From: Felis catus
Lineage: Eukaryota
Direction of reading: 5' to 3'
NCBI RefSeq assembly: GCF_018350175.1
Contig: NC_058368.1
Coordinates: 215,328,001 to 215,392,000 of the forward strand
DNA: 64,000 nt
Positions 38,721-52,818 of the stretch are shown here, in pieces. Under the pieces are notes generated by a model that was not told the DNA's origin, searched no databases, and was given only the letters and a program-made list of their open reading frames with translations. The translations under genes and the position numbers were made by a program. The first letter of the stretch is position 1, and each line of letters opens with the position of its first letter.

Positions 38721-39166
38721 AAGGTATCCAACCATAATATAAGATTGTAAGGCTCTGGGCCTCACTGTCTCCTGGACTAGCAAACTTCATCACCCATAGG
38801 TGCTTTTGTCCCCAGTTACCCAAAACTCAGTGCTAAAGAGCAATTGGATATACCTATTTGGTAACATGGAGAGTAAAAAGAAATAACATCCATTTAAAAA
38901 CATCAGAAAATGATTAACACTTATTTTTTACATTAGTAAAATTAGTGGCAGTACAAAAATTGTCAGTGCGCAGCTCAATGAATGTTCACTGAATAAATGA
39001 AATTTCAATGAATTCGAATATCTCAAACACTATTCAGATGAAGAGACAGAACATTACTAAAGCCCGTGAGGTATATTATCTCTTTTGTGATCACTGTCTC
39101 TGATAGGCAATGCCATCCTGCCTCTAATTCTAGAATTACCTCAAACAGTTAAAGTAGTACCTGGCA

Positions 39167-39388
39167 GGGGCACCTGGGTGGCTCAGTCGGTTGAGGATCC
39201 GTCTTCAGCTCAGGTCATGATCTCGCAGTCCATGAGTTGGGGCCCTGCGTCGGGCTCTGCACTGACAGCTTGGATTCTGGAGCCTGCTTCAAATTCTGGG
39301 TCTCCCTCTCTCTCTCTGCCCTTACCCCACTCATGCTCTGTCTTTCTCTCTCTCTGTGTCAAAAATAAATAAACATTAAAAAAAATTT
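39167..39388 (+). mobile_element. CAN-SINE
   Basis: Complete head, CT tract and tail. Confidence 0.95.
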
Positions 39389-39852
39389 TAACGTTGTACT
39401 TGTCAGGTAATTTAAAAAGAAGAAAAATATTATAAACAACAACAACAACAACAACAACCCTCAAACCTGAAGTCAGATATTAGTGATGAAGTAGATTGTG
39501 ACCTCCTAACAGAGCAGTTTATCAGGGCAATCAAATAAAATAGTAATCTACATATGCCTAACTATATAACATCAAAATAAATAACAGATTTTGAGATAAT
39601 TATCAATAAATTGACAAAGCCACAACTATATAATTTCTTGTATTTAACTTCCTATTTTGGAACTAAATGATATTTGATCATTTATTTCACACACACATAC
39701 ACTTATACTCTTATTTTTTATTTATTTAGTTTTTTTCTGGTAAGGGGAAGCACTCTGGCTCCTAGACTACTAGCATAAAATGTATATGACTTGAAGATAG
39801 ACAGTACAACTGTAAAAGTTCTGATTTGATATTTTTATGGAGCATTTTTAAA

Positions 39853-40232
39853 AAATTATTTTAGAGAGTACACGTGCAGGGGAGAGAAAGAGAATCTTTT
39901 TTTTCTTTTTTAAGTTTAATATGAGAGAGACAGAACATAAGCAGGGGAGGGGCAGAGAGAGAGAATCCCAAGCAGGCTCTATAGGGGCTGCACAGAGCCA
40001 GAAGTAGGGCTTGAACTCAATGAAACTGTGAGATCATGACCTGAGCTGAAATCAAGAGTCCAATACTTAACTGACTGAGCCACCCAGGCTCCCCTGGGAG
40101 AGAGAATCTTAAGCAGGCTCCATGCTCAGTGCAGAGCCTGACACAGGACTCGATCCCATGACCCTTGGATCATGACACTTGGATCAAAGTCAAGAGTCAG
40201 AGGCTCAACTGACTGAGCCACTCAGGCGCCCC
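39853..40232 (-). mobile_element. Two nested CAN-SINEs (inner element about 39897-40094)
   Basis: Inner element flanked by gagaatctt repeats; outer TSD tatggagcatttt / tatagagcatttt. Confidence 0.9.
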
Positions 40233-42131
40233 TTATAGAGCATTTTAAATAATTAAACTTTACTAATATTAATTTATCATGAGTAGGAAAAATAAACATC
40301 TCTCATTCTACATAACCTATTGCCTATAGTTATGGTTCAAGAACAGATTATTCTGAATGTTACAGCCATGGAAACAATACCTATCCAGACACAATTCAGT
40401 AAGACTGTTCCTCAGCAAATGTGTGATCTAGTCAATTCCCATAAGTTTTCTTAAAACCCGTCAAAGATATTCCTGTAATGTGGAACTTTATAAAGAACTG
40501 CATATAATTTGAGAATTTTGGAAAACATTTTAATTAGATTACCTTGTCCTGTGTCTATCATCAATCTATCTTTAATCTATCATTATTCTGTTTAGTTATT
40601 TAATCTCCTAAAGCCTCAATAACTGCAACTATAGCTACGGCTTGGTATTTATTCATTCATCCATCAAATATTTATTGATGTTACTATGTGTATGGAATTC
40701 TAGGCACTGATGAGAAATAGTGGGCTTACATTTTCATGTTACAGGTTTCTGATAAAATATAAAATTTTGAGTTTATTTTGGTTCATGTATAGATTCTTTT
40801 GGTTCAGAATATGTTTTATGGTTCTCCATGTTTTTATGTGGCTTGCTGATCTATTACCAAGTATGGCCTGGAGTTTTTCTTGATGCACTTATGCCTGGAA
40901 AATTTCCCTTGAGAATATTATGGTAAATAATTGTCAGAAAGTTTCTGGCACTTGACAAAAATAACACACCAGTATATACAAAATGAAAATTGGGCCCAAA
41001 CCATAACATTTTTATTATTCCTTTTTTTCTGTTGTTATATTTATTATTGCTTAAAATGATTTATTTACTATCAAACACCTTTTATTTCCATTGCTATATA
41101 TGAAAATGAAAGCTCAGAATTTTGCTGTCTACCTATAAGCACCATATTTATTCAATCAGTACACTGGAGATTCAGTGCCATATTAACACAGTCAACATAA
41201 GATATTTTTACAAGTTTACTGAGAAGTGTTTACTAAATATATTGAAAGCAAAGAGACAAAAATCGCTAAACATGTCTATGAAGAAATTATTTTGATTAAA
41301 CGTTATATTTTATGTATTTTCCATTTTAATTGAGCATTTTTTTTAGTAGTAAACTACACCTTATTTAATAAAACTTAAGATAAACAAAGGTGTCTGGACT
41401 GTTATGTCTCCTTGGGGAATAATTTTGTTACTTTGCACAATTTCCAACTTTTGTAAATATTATCAAGACACTTAGATTTTACAAATCTAACTACATATAG
41501 GATTTTATGAATAAAATAAATTTGTGCATTATTAAAGCTAATTCTTAAAAGCGTTTCATAATAAGGAAGGCTAGATTTTAATTCTTAATGGAGAGAGAGG
41601 GGCGGCAACTATTTTCATTAGACATGAGAATATAATTTGATATATTCTACATAGCTTCTAAATTATGAATAGATTTAAATAAAATTATGTATAAAATAAG
41701 TATAGAGTGAGGACAGTAATGTTTATTATGGAATATGCTGAAATATAAAATGATTGTGAAACAGAATGAAATAATTTTTCTGTAAACACTCAAAATACAT
41801 GTAAAATTATATTTATTTTCCCATTTTCCCTTTTTTCCATTTCAAATTATTTACACTAACTTCCACAATTTCACAAGTTAGTAAGATATAATAAATATGC
41901 AACAAGAGTGGAGTTAGAATTCAGAATGGGAAATTAAAAAGGTGCCAGAATATAGTTAAAACTTTAAAAGTTTAAAAAGAATTGATAACCCCAGGGGAAA
42001 AAGGACAAACAGTATACAAAAGTAAATCAAATGAATTAGAAGCAGGAATTTTGATAAATACATATAAAATACATAAAACAAAGCTGAAACTGGCAAATAC
42101 AATCAAAAAATTAAAAAAAAGGAGGCAGAGG

Positions 42132-42258
42132 GGGGCATCTGGGTGGCTCAGTCGGTTAAGCGTGCGACTTCAGCTCAGGTCATGATCTAAAGGTTCGTGG
42201 GTTCGAGCCCCAGTCTGGCTCTGTGCTGTCAGTTCAGAGCCTGGGGTTTGCTTCGGAT

Positions 42259-42327
<69 letters not shown>

Positions 42328-42400
42328 CTCCCCCACTCATGCTCTGTCTCTATCAAAAAATGAATAAACGTTAAAAAATTTAAAAGAAATTAAAAAAAAA
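42132..42400 (+). mobile_element. CAN-SINE with expanded (CT)n
   Basis: Complete element; TSD-like aggcagaggg. Confidence 0.95.
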
Positions 42401-42439
42401 GAAAAAGGCAGAGGGACACAAAAAGAAGTAATGAGTTCA

Positions 42440-42552
42440 AGGATATCACAATCTTGTACTCAAAACCCTTGGCTCCAGATATATTTTGATATCAGAACTT
42501 TAGAGAATTTAGAACTGTAGTGAGGACATATATTATTACATTTCCAACAAGA
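42440..42552. mobile_element. MER46C-like Tigger MITE end
   Basis: cacaatcttgtactcaaaacccttggctccagatatattt...atttagaac. Confidence 0.55.
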
Positions 42553-43407
42553 ATAAAATGATTTGTATCATAAAATGTTGTCCATATTCTTCCATTTCAA
42601 GGACCTGTTATAATTTTGACACAAATGATGCACATAAAGAAAACTCTTGCCAAATCCCACCGCTAAAAGTAAAATTCAAAATAACAATCAATTTCAGTTC
42701 CGTATAGTGTAATTACACTCATGGTTAAGTAAATATATTTTAGGAGTGCAAATACACTCCAATATTAGAACGTACAACAGATTCAGTAAGAAAAAAATTG
42801 GCAATCAGTCTATGACAAAATATTTCTTACAAAGTCACTAAGTTTATAAAAATCTTGTTAATGACATCGTTGGTATGGTGGGGAGTATAAAACTGAAGTT
42901 TCTACAAGAGAGGGACACAGGAGAGGCTCTCTCATTAAAGAACAAAGCGGTATGACCTGTGACTCTCCGGCTTTCCTTAAAGACTGTTTGAATATTTAAG
43001 CCATAGTGGTAACAGGAATAGAAATAGAAGTGCTAAGGAAAGAAAAGTCAAGTATTATTTCCTACATTTTTTGGTGGTATCTAAAAACTTGAGATGATCA
43101 GTTAGGAGAAAAGAATGCAGTTATTCTTACAAATCAGAGTTCAGGGAATTGCTTATTATAATCGTCAAGAGCTTCTTTAATACCACCGTGACCAGTTAAA
43201 GAATATATCAGATAAACCTAATCCATTCATAAGCTTAACAAAAATATAAAACCTTTAAGAATTAGCAACGAGCATAAAGGATATTTAATGCTTTTTCATC
43301 AAATTGATTGATGTTTTGAAGCTTGATTTTTAAACTTCATGAAGACGTAGTTTAAATTATTCACATTATAGCCTTATTTGAAACTGTGGAAAATCCCATT
43401 CACTTCA

Positions 43408-43629
43408 TCTTTTTTTAACTTATTTATTTTTTAACATTTATTTTTTGAGAGACAGAGACAGAGCATGAATGGGGGAGGGGCAGAGAGCGAGGGAGTCACA
43501 GATTCCGAAGCAGACTCCAGGCTCTGAATTGTCAGCACAGAGCCCAATGGTGGCTTGAACTCAGGAACTGCTCTATCATGACCTGAGCCGAAGTCGGATG
43601 CTTAACCAACTGAGCCACCCAGGCACCCC
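43408..43629 (-). mobile_element. CAN-SINE
   Basis: Complete element ending gagccacccaggcacccc. Confidence 0.95.
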
Positions 43630-44475
43630 TCCATTTACTTTAAGTACACAATAACTCAGGAGGAATTATACTGAACTTATAATAGTAAAAAAATATGTTA
43701 GTGGAAACAAGAAAAAAGTTAATTGCAAAGTTAAAAAAAGAACAAAACCTCAGGGTACACAAAAATATATGTAATGATAGCAACTTTCTGAAAATGTGTA
43801 TGTTTTTATGTTTCTTATATGTGTTTGTGTATATGCAACATATGAATGTGATATTTAGTAGGCTTGTGGATATACACATTTAATAGTAAATATACACTAC
43901 CCAAATTAAAGGCAAATAAAACACCATATCAATATACTTGCCTTTGTTAGGATTATACATTTCAAACTTTTGTCTTACTCTTGATAGAATACAAATTTTT
44001 CTATAATAATCATAATTGCTTATGTAATTAAAATACATAAAAGTTAATGCACAAAGTCAGGGCCATGAAAAATGCATACTAAAATCTTTCATCTTATTAA
44101 ATATTATTCTTCTGCATGACTCTAACATTTATAAAAAATAATGTGAATAAGTAATAATAACCAGTTGTTAGTAACCACATCCATAAGGTTTTATTCAGGA
44201 GAAATCTATCTATCAGTGATGTTCAAATTAGAAAAATGTTTCCTCCTAGTAAACTCCTAGAAAGATTTCCATTAATTTCATTAATAGCATTCTTGCAAAT
44301 CTTTATGTTAAAAAGTGACAATTTCTGTGTGAGTTTTAAAAATACTGTTCCAATAATTATTGTCCAAAATAGTGCACTGTCATCTTCCAATGTTAATTCA
44401 GGAAGCTTGGCCAATCGAGCTAGGTCCAAATCCTAGTTAATTGATGGTTAGAGTTAATCCAAGGATAGATTCATA

Positions 44476-44769
44476 ACAAAACAAAATCCAGATTCACAGA
44501 CACAGAGATTAGAGCAGTGGTTGTTAGGAAGGGGAGTGACAGGTGGGCAAAATGGATGAATGTGATCGAGAAGGTACACATCTCCAGTCATAAAATAAAT
44601 AAATCATGATGACGGAAGTACAGTCAATAATAATGTATTTCCTTTGTATGGTGATAGATGGTAACTACACTTAGGTGGTGAGCAGTTCTCATGGTATACA
44701 AATGTCGAATCACTACACTGCACACATGAAACCAATAGAATATTGCAGGTCAATTATCCATCAATAAAA
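44476..44769 (+). mobile_element. L1 3' UTR fragment (L1MA9/early carnivore-like)
   Basis: ttgtatggtgatagatggtaactacactt...ggtgagca...gaatcactacactg...gtcaattat...aataaaa. Confidence 0.85.
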
Positions 44770-45124
44770 TGTAATTAGTGTATAAATATTTCTTTATTGT
44801 AAATATACTGATAATGCAAAAGTAGATAAATTAGAATATCCTGCATACTTTTTTCCAGGGGTAACCCGTCTTCATGGTTTGCTTGGTGTCATTCCTGACA
44901 TTTTCTATGGTAAGGACACTAAATATCTATGACATATATAGTCCACTTGTTACATTAATATAATTAAATTTTATGGAATGTTTTCTTTTTTTATTTCAAA
45001 CTTGCTCTTATGTCTTGAAGATATCATATCAGAATATAGGAAACTATTACTGTATTTTCGACCATATTTAACTGTTCCCATATTCATAGATAAGGTTGAT
45101 TCTCCTTTTGGTCTTTGGAAAACA

Positions 45125-45343
45125 ATTTTTTTAATGTTTATTTCTTTTTGAGAGAGAGACAGAGTGCAAGCAGGGGGAGGGGCAAAGAGAGAGGGAGGTA
45201 CAGAATCTAAAGCAGGCTCCAGGCTCTGAGCTGTCAGCACAGAGCCTGACGCGGGGCTGGAACTCATGTACTGCGAGATCATATCTTAGCCGAAGTCAGA
45301 GGTTTAATTGACTATGCCACCTACTTTTAGTCAGCTGTGCCCC
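45125..45343 (-). mobile_element. CAN-SINE
   Basis: Poly-T, GA tract; head interrupted by a short copy of flanking sequence (tacttttagt). Confidence 0.92.
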
Positions 45344-45373
45344 TACTTTTAGTCATTTTAAAATAAAACTGCA

Positions 45374-45914
45374 TGACCCAGCAATAACACTGCTAGGAAT
45401 TTACCCAAGGGATAGAGGAGTGCTGATGCATAGGGCCACTTGTACCCCAATGTTTATAACAGCACTTTCAACAATAGCCAAATTATAAGAAGAGCCTAAA
45501 TGTCCGTCAACTGATAAAGAAGATGTGGTTTATATATACAATGGAATACTACTTGGCAATGAGAAAGAATGAAATCTGGCCATTTGCAGCAATTCGGATA
45601 GAACTGGAGGGTATTATGCTAAGTGAAATAACTCAGTCAGAGAAAGACAGATACCACATGTTTTCACTCATGTGTAGATCTTGAGTAACTTAACAGAAGA
45701 CCATGGAGGAAGGGAAGCAGACAAAAAAAGTTACAGAGATGGAGAGGGAGGGAGGCAAACCATTAGAGACTCTTAAATACTGAGAACAAACTGAGGGTTG
45801 ATAGATGGTGGAGGAAAGGGGAAAGTGAGTGATGGGCATTGAGGAGGGTGCTTGTTGGGATGAGCACTGGGTGTTGCATGGAAGCCAATTTGACAATAAA
45901 TTATATTAAAAAAT
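45374..45914 (+). mobile_element. 5'-truncated felid-type L1 (ORF2 end and 3' UTR)
   Basis: tgacccagcaat...tttacccaaggga...gggatgagcactgggtgttg...gacaataaatt; TSD aaataaaactgca / aaataaaattgca. Confidence 0.93.
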
Positions 45915-46682
45915 AAATAAAATTGCAATAGACATACTGTTTATATCTTTTTTCATATGCATACTCATGTAACAGGTTTTTAGCACTGAAATTATACTGA
46001 ATGATAAGTGCATTTTAAATTTCAGAAAATATAATTATTCCACATCAAGAGTTTGTGCCTATTTATAACATTATCTGTTGATAACCATTCCCTCATATAT
46101 TCTGCCCTATCCCACTCCTCTTGGGGAAAATTATTTTTATTTACTCTGCATTTCTTTTGACCTTATCATTTGTTCATTTTAATGGGAGAGTTTAATCTTT
46201 TGTATTAATATTCTAAAATACTTTATTCTAGTTTTTAAGATTATGCCTATTATACATTGTCTTATCTATTTTCAATACTTTATGGTATCATCTATATTAA
46301 TTAATAACATGGATTTTCTGTTTTGCTTTGGAAAGACTTCCTCACCCTGACTCAAAATATATGGTGCCAATTGATGTTTACCTTTACATGATGCTACTTA
46401 CTTGAATTGTATTATCCATGTAAAATTAGTTTTTCTGATTCTTATTAACATATTACATCGAAAATTATTTCTGTTTTGTTTTATCAATGGTTAGCCATTT
46501 TTTTTAAATATTTTATTGACTATTACATCTTTCCCTATTCTTCTGAATTCCAAATATTCATTAAATGTGTCTAGACTATATACTGTTCCAACAAGTACTG
46601 TATTATTCACATCATTTACGTTACTACTTTATTTTTCATCTAATGTTGAAATTTTCAACATTTTCTTTTATTTTTGTCATAT

Positions 46683-46881
46683 TTTTAGTTTTTTAAATGT
46701 CTATTTGTTTTGAGACAGAGAGAGCAAGAGCGAGTGAGTGGGGTAGGGAGAAAGGGAGAGGGACAGTCACAAGCAGGCTGCATGCTGTCAGCTCAGTCTC
46801 AGTCTTATGAACAGTGAGATCATGACCTGAGCCAAATCAAGAATCGAATCAAGAGAAATGACTGAGCCACCCAAGTGCCCC
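46683..46881 (-). mobile_element. CAN-SINE
   Basis: TSD atttttgtcatattttt / atttttgtcatgttttt. Confidence 0.9.
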
Positions 46882-47020
46882 AATTTTTGTCATGTTTTTA
46901 ATAAAGAATATTTCCTCATCATTTTTGCCTCCAAAGGAAATTTATTATCCAGTTGATTAATTACAAAATCTTTAACAATTTCAATTATATTGAATATTTT
47001 TCTAAAACTTTTTGTTACAT

Positions 47021-47234
47021 GGGGCGCCTGGGTGGCTCAGTCATTTGGGCATCTGATTAGCTCAGGTCATGATCTCATGGCTCATGAGTTCAAGCCGCAC
47101 GTCAGGTTCTGTTCTGACAGTTTAGAGCCTGGACCCTGCTTCAAAATCTTTCTCCTTCTCTCTCTGCCCTTTCCCCACTCATGCTCTGTCTCTGTCTCTC
47201 TCTCAAAAATAAACAAACACACACACACAAAATA
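47021..47234 (+). mobile_element. CAN-SINE
   Basis: TSD taaaactttttgtta. Confidence 0.95.
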
Positions 47235-48000
47235 AAACTTTTTGTTATTTGTATAATTATTGTTATTTGTTTAATACTGATTTGTTCAATACAGGAACAT
47301 TTTATGTCTCTGTGTATTTTTATGTGTGTCTTTTGGTATTTAATGCACCAATACTATTTGATTATTCCTATTTTATAATTGTTGATAACATGCAATATGC
47401 ACTTTAAAAATATTTTCATTGGAATAGATTTTGCTGGTATATAGGCAAACTAAGAATTTTAAATTTTCATCTTGAATATGTTATCATGATGAACTTTAAA
47501 TCTAATTTGGTGTAGTTTTTTTTTTTTTTTCTTTTTTCTTTTTTGGTAGTTGATAACATAGGACAAGCATAACTCTGCAAGTAATATCATTAAATGTCTC
47601 TGTATATTATACTATTTTTGTTGTTACTTTTCTTATTCTTCCAACTAGGACTTTAACTTTAAAAAAAGTTTTAACTGTTAAGTGCAATGTTTCTACTGGA
47701 AATAGATATATTTTATTAAAATTAATATATACTTCAATCCCTATTTACTGATTTTATTTTGTAAAGAATTGCTAGCATATTTTGCAAATGTTTTTGTGTT
47801 ATCTTTTAAGGTTGCTTGGTGATTTTATGTTTTAATCTGTTAATCTGTGGAATTTTATTGATACTAATTAGCCTCAGATTCCTAGGATTAACCCTACTTA
47901 GTTCTATTGAATTAATTTTTTAAAATATGTTGGAATTTATTTTTTAATGTTTTATGTAGACTCTTTCAATCTGTTTTTACAAGAGAAATTGACCTGCAAG

Positions 48001-48035
<35 letters not shown>

Positions 48036-48175
48036 TTTGTCTTGTTTGGGTATCATGCATATGATATCCTCATAAAATGAGCTGGCAAACATATTGTATT
48101 TCCCAAGTTCTGAAATAGTTTATATGATACGCACTTATTTTTTCTCTAAATATTTGCTAAAAACTCTTTCATATC

Positions 48176-48397
48176 GGGGCGCCTGGGTGGCTCAGTCGGT
48201 TGGGCAGCTGACTTCGGCTCAGGTCACGATCTCGCGGTCCGTGAGTTCGAGCCCCGCGTCGGGCTCTGGGCTGATGGCTCAGAGCCTGGAGCCTGCTTCC
48301 AATTCTGTGTCTCCCTCTCTCTCTGTCCCTCCCCCGTTCATGCTCTGTCTCTCTCTGTCTCAAAAATAAATAAAACGTTAAAAAAATTAAAAAAAAA
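48176..48397 (+). mobile_element. Young felid SINE
   Basis: CpG-rich; TSD ctctttcatat. Confidence 0.97.
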
Positions 48398-48566
48398 CCT
48401 CTTTCATATGTAAATTTTTAAAGGGTGATGATTTTATTAATATTTATCATAATTATTATAATATAATAAGAAAAAAAGAGGCTTTGAGTCCCGAAATGAT
48501 TGACTTTCTGTAATCTTTCTGCCCTATACATACAAACCATCTTAACTCTTTAAGAAGACAGAAAGA

Positions 48567-48775
48567 GGGGCATCTGGGTGGCTCAGTCAGTTAAGCATCT
48601 GACTCTTGATCTCGGTTCAGGTCACGATCTCATGGTTTGTGTGTTCGAGCCCCGTGTCCGCCATTGGGTTCTGCGCTGACAGCATGGAGCTTTCTTGGGA
48701 TTCTGGCTCTCCCTCTCCCTGCCCCTCCCCTGCTCACTCTCTCATTCTCTATCTCAAAAATAAATAAAAAATAAG
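48567..48775 (+). mobile_element. CAN-SINE
   Basis: Head ggggcatctgggtggctcag, CT tract and tail. Confidence 0.93.
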
Positions 48776-50089
48776 AGGTTAAAAGGCAAAATATTATACA
48801 CACACACACACACACACAGTAAGGTAAGACTAGTAAGGGATAGTATTTTTACCTCAGGGCTGCATTATATTTAAAAGTAAATAAAAGTAACCATTTTCAT
48901 GACTTAGATATCAGCTGTTTAGACCTGTCTTACTATATTCCAGCTATCACTGCCTGTCAGGCTTTCATTGGTCCAGGAACTATCTATAAGTATTTATTCA
49001 TGTATTTGTTATGCACTCAGTAACTGAAGATAAACATTTGACCTGATTTCTTTCTTTATGGACGCATTCTTGTTTAATAAAAAAAAAATAGGAGATTCTT
49101 GAGCATTCATGGACTAAATCCAAATGATAGTTTGATCAACCATGAAACCTTTATTAAATCAAGGGGAACATTTGCTTCATTATTTCCTTTCTATAAAATG
49201 TTCACAAATGTAAAGAAAGGACAAAACTAAAACTTGATCAATGAACAAAGGCTTTATCAATTTCACAATATCTATTTATGTATCTATCATGACCGTAGAT
49301 AAATTCTCATAAAACTTCACATTCTGATTATTGCCAATACTGTAATTAAAGAGACAAAGGAGTCTTTTGTTTTCCCCTGAATTCCATAGTCAACGACAAC
49401 ACTAATAGCTTAGTTGATTATAGCACACTTTGTATTTTGTAAAAGCTCAAATCATTGCTGTTCTTTCTCCATTTGTTTTATCAAGTTATTTATAAAGATA
49501 GTTTTAAGCAAGTATATATTTTACTCAATATATGCAGGAAAGAAAATTCAGGTCCCTCAGTCTTCCAAAGCTGATATTTTATATATTTAAATCTGTGTCA
49601 AAAGTACTTATTGTCAATGATATATGTTACAAGTAATGTTGTGACCTAACTTGATGATGTTTGACTAACATTAAATTTATAATCAGAATCTTTTTGTATT
49701 ATAAACAAAAACAATGACTCATACTTGATTTTAGCACATTGCTCTACAGTTGGTATGTTGGTTATTAGTGGAAAATATGCTTGGGCAATTGTTTAGTTGA
49801 AAGGTGCATTTGTATTTTGTTTAATTAGAAAATAAGATATTTCTGTGAAATTAGAAAAAAGTATACATTCAGTATTATATGAATAATTTGGAGGCTCACT
49901 GACATGCAGAAATCATTGGATATAGTGGATTTCAAACTTCTAGAGAAACACAAAATTTCTCTTACATTATAATATGCAATGAGCATTTATAATCCAAATC
50001 CCATGCTGGAATTGTGGAAATAACACATTGGCATTACAACTTGATATCAGATATTGTAGAAAGGAATAAAGAAAAATTTATGGGTTTTT

Positions 50090-50207
50090 AAAAGTTTATT
50101 GATTGTTTATTTTTTAGTAATTTTTACACCCATGTAGGGCTCGAACTCTGACCCGACCCCAAAATCAAGAGTCACATGCTCTTCTGACTGAGCCAGCCAG
50201 GTACCCC
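50090..50207 (-). mobile_element. Short older carnivore tRNA-derived SINE
   Basis: gggctcgaactc...atcaagagtcacatgctcttctgactgagccagccaggtacccc. Confidence 0.85.
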
Positions 50208-51717
50208 TTCATATTCTTAACAGAATTCTGCATTTACTTCATCTGAATATGTTATCAAATAACTAAAAGGAACAGCAAATACAACTGCTTCACCCAACAG
50301 GAAATTGTATTCTGAATAGTTTAAACATAATTCTAACCAACCTATGTCTTAATATAGGGGTAAATATTATCAAATAGCATTCTATTTTATAATGGTCAAT
50401 GTAGGTTTATTCATATACCAATGAATGCAAAATTCAGTGGGGAAAATTGTTAATTTAAGACACCCAAACTTCCAAATATAAACAGAAAACAATGCTAAAG
50501 GACTTGAATTTTACTTAAATTGACTAGCATTGCCAATAGTATGAAATTAGTAATAATTGGTTATTAACCTTGAAGACTGGGTGAATAGAGGATTGACTGC
50601 ACAAAACATAGTGCTACTGAACTGCAAAGTGTTACTGATGACCTTTGTGCTTCTTAGTGAAATTTAAAGTATAGATTTTTATTTCTAAACTCTGATATGG
50701 TTTGGGATTTAGTTACCTTGGAGACTGCCTCTCTACCCTTGCCAGAAAAAGGATCATTTGAAGGTTCCTGTTGTTTCCAGCTCAAAACAATTGAGAAAAT
50801 AACAGTTTCTTTTGAAATATACTCATAGTTCAAAATTTCTACAGTAAAATGCATCAGGAATATACATTTCACGTTATCGATACCTGTGTATTAACCAGTG
50901 TTAATATAATAACCTACCTTTCTTGAATGCACATTTTGTGACCAGCACTATCATAAGACTTTATAGATAATACCACTTGAAACTCATAAGAAAAACAAAC
51001 CTGTATGTTAAGACTATGCCCCTCCCCCCTTAAATAGGAAACCATTGAGCTTGTTGAACATATATGTTCAGGGTAGAGCTTCCAGGCTATTCCAGAGCAT
51101 GTGTTCTCCTTACTCTCTTTCCTGATTCTCATGTCTGTGTACTTCAAAAAGAGTTTGCCTTAGTTGTTATAAAATACAGTGTGATTGAGCACAAGTGTAA
51201 CAGGGACACTATTTCTACAATCACCTGAATTTATTGGGGAATATGCAAAAGGCTGTCTTCAGTCACATCCTGATCAGGAGTGAAGTTTTGCATGCCATTA
51301 CCCTCCAAACACACCCCTAAAGATTTTGAAATGTTTTACCCACAGTTCAGAGTCTTAGGACCATCCAGGACTGTTAAATAAGTACATAAATAGGCCATTG
51401 TGAAGTGGAGATATGAATGACATTTCAAGAATACTGAATGTTCAAGAAATTTTACATTTTATCCACTAAATGTTAACAGTGCTAATGGAAACAAAAATTC
51501 TATAGCATTAATATGTCCATATATTAAAAATGTAAGTCTTACATTTAACTCTCACATTTGTTTGCAATTTTTTGAAATTATCTAGGGTGAGGCATTTAAG
51601 CAAAAGGTATTCTATTATTTTTTTGAAAGGTTTTCCATTAAATGAGTATGAGATGAAGTATTGTAGACTGTGAATATTTATAATTAGGATACTCAGCAAC
51701 AGATGATCTATAATAAA

Positions 51718-51945
51718 TTCTCTTTCCTTTTCTTTCCCTTTCCTTGCTCCGTTTCTTCCATCCTTCCTTTCTTCCTTCTTTTTTAGCTTTCTTCCTCCCT
51801 TCCTCTACTATCCCATTTCTTTTTCCTTAACTTTCTCCTCCTTCTCTCCCTTTCTCCTTCTTCCTTTTCTCTCATTCTTTTCTCCCTCCCTCTATCTCCC
51901 CCCTTCCTTTTTTCCTTTCTCCCTTTCTCCCCATTTCTTTTTCTA
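51718..51945. repeat. Low-complexity polypyrimidine tract
   Basis: About 230 bp of almost only C and T. Confidence 0.9.
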
Positions 51946-52189
51946 TCATCTGTCCGTCTGTAATCACTATCTATCTACTACACGAGCTGTAATTGTGATT
52001 TAAAATGTAGCCTTTAAAAATGAGATAAACTAGCACAAAGAAAAAAATAGTTCCCTAAGTTATTGTGTAACTGTACTGCTTTACCCCTAGACATAGACTT
52101 TCAGGTCTTATGAAAAATATGAAAACTCAAATTTACATCATTTATTGATGAATGATCACAGTGTTGTTCTGTCTTAAAAAGAAAAAAAT

Positions 52190-52258
52190 GCACTATATTG
52201 TACACCTGGAGCTACTATTACACTGTATGTTAACTGGAATTTAAATAAAAACTTAAAT
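52190..52258 (+). mobile_element. Very short carnivore L1 3' terminus
   Basis: cactatattgtacacctg...tacactgtatgttaactggaatttaaataaaaactt. Confidence 0.75.
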
Positions 52259-52444
52259 GAAAGTAAAAAACAAAAAAGTACATCCATATCATAAAAAATA
52301 TTTAAATAGTATTTTAATTAATCTCAGAATAAGTAATAAACCTGGTATTCACTATGAAATATGCCAATCCATCAGTAAGTTTCATGTCATACATTTTATT
52401 TTAATAAAGGTATAAAAAATACCTTGATATAAGAGCTATTTGTT

Positions 52445-52632
52445 GGGGTTTCTGGGTGGCTCGGTCAGTTAAGTGTCTGAATCTTGATTTTAGCTCAGGT
52501 TATGATCTCAAGATCATAACCTGTGAGATTGAGCCCCTCATTAGGCTCCACACTGACCATGGAGCCTGTTTGAGATTCTCTCTCTCCCTCTGCCCCTCCT
52601 CCACTCTTTTTTGCTCACTCTCTTAAAAAAAA
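52445..52632 (+). mobile_element. CAN-SINE
   Basis: Head ggggtttctgggtggctcgg, CT tract and A-tail. Confidence 0.9.
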
Positions 52633-52654
52633 AGATATTTAATAATTTATTATT

Positions 52655-52695
52655 ATTATTTATAATTTAGAGAGAGTGTGTGAGTGGATGAGAGG

Positions 52696-52741
<46 letters not shown>

Positions 52742-52818
52742 CCCAAGCAGGCTCCATGCTCAATGCAGAGCCCAATGTGGGGCTTAATCCCATGACCCTT
52801 GGATCATGACCTGAGCCC
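52655..52818 (-). mobile_element. CAN-SINE lacking its head, abutting the inverted duplicate
   Basis: Stops at atcatgacctgagccc; no TSD. Confidence 0.9.

Larger units (their letters stand above)
45930..48150 (-). mobile_element. Highly decayed ancient L1M, interrupted by SINEs
   Basis: Antisense ORF2-like motifs (attcctaggattaaccctacttagtt, cctcataaaatgagctgg). Confidence 0.45.

Noticed and set aside
44223..44436. Overlapping ORFs on both strands
   Set aside because: Short, with no recognisable domain; expected by chance.
48176..48260. tRNA genes
   Set aside because: The A/B-box heads belong to tRNA-derived CAN-SINEs with CT tracts, tails and TSDs; this applies to all copies.
50654..51147. 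Two minus-strand ORFs and an AG...GT bounded segment near 50920-51000
   Set aside because: No recognisable protein similarity, a weak acceptor and no partner exons.
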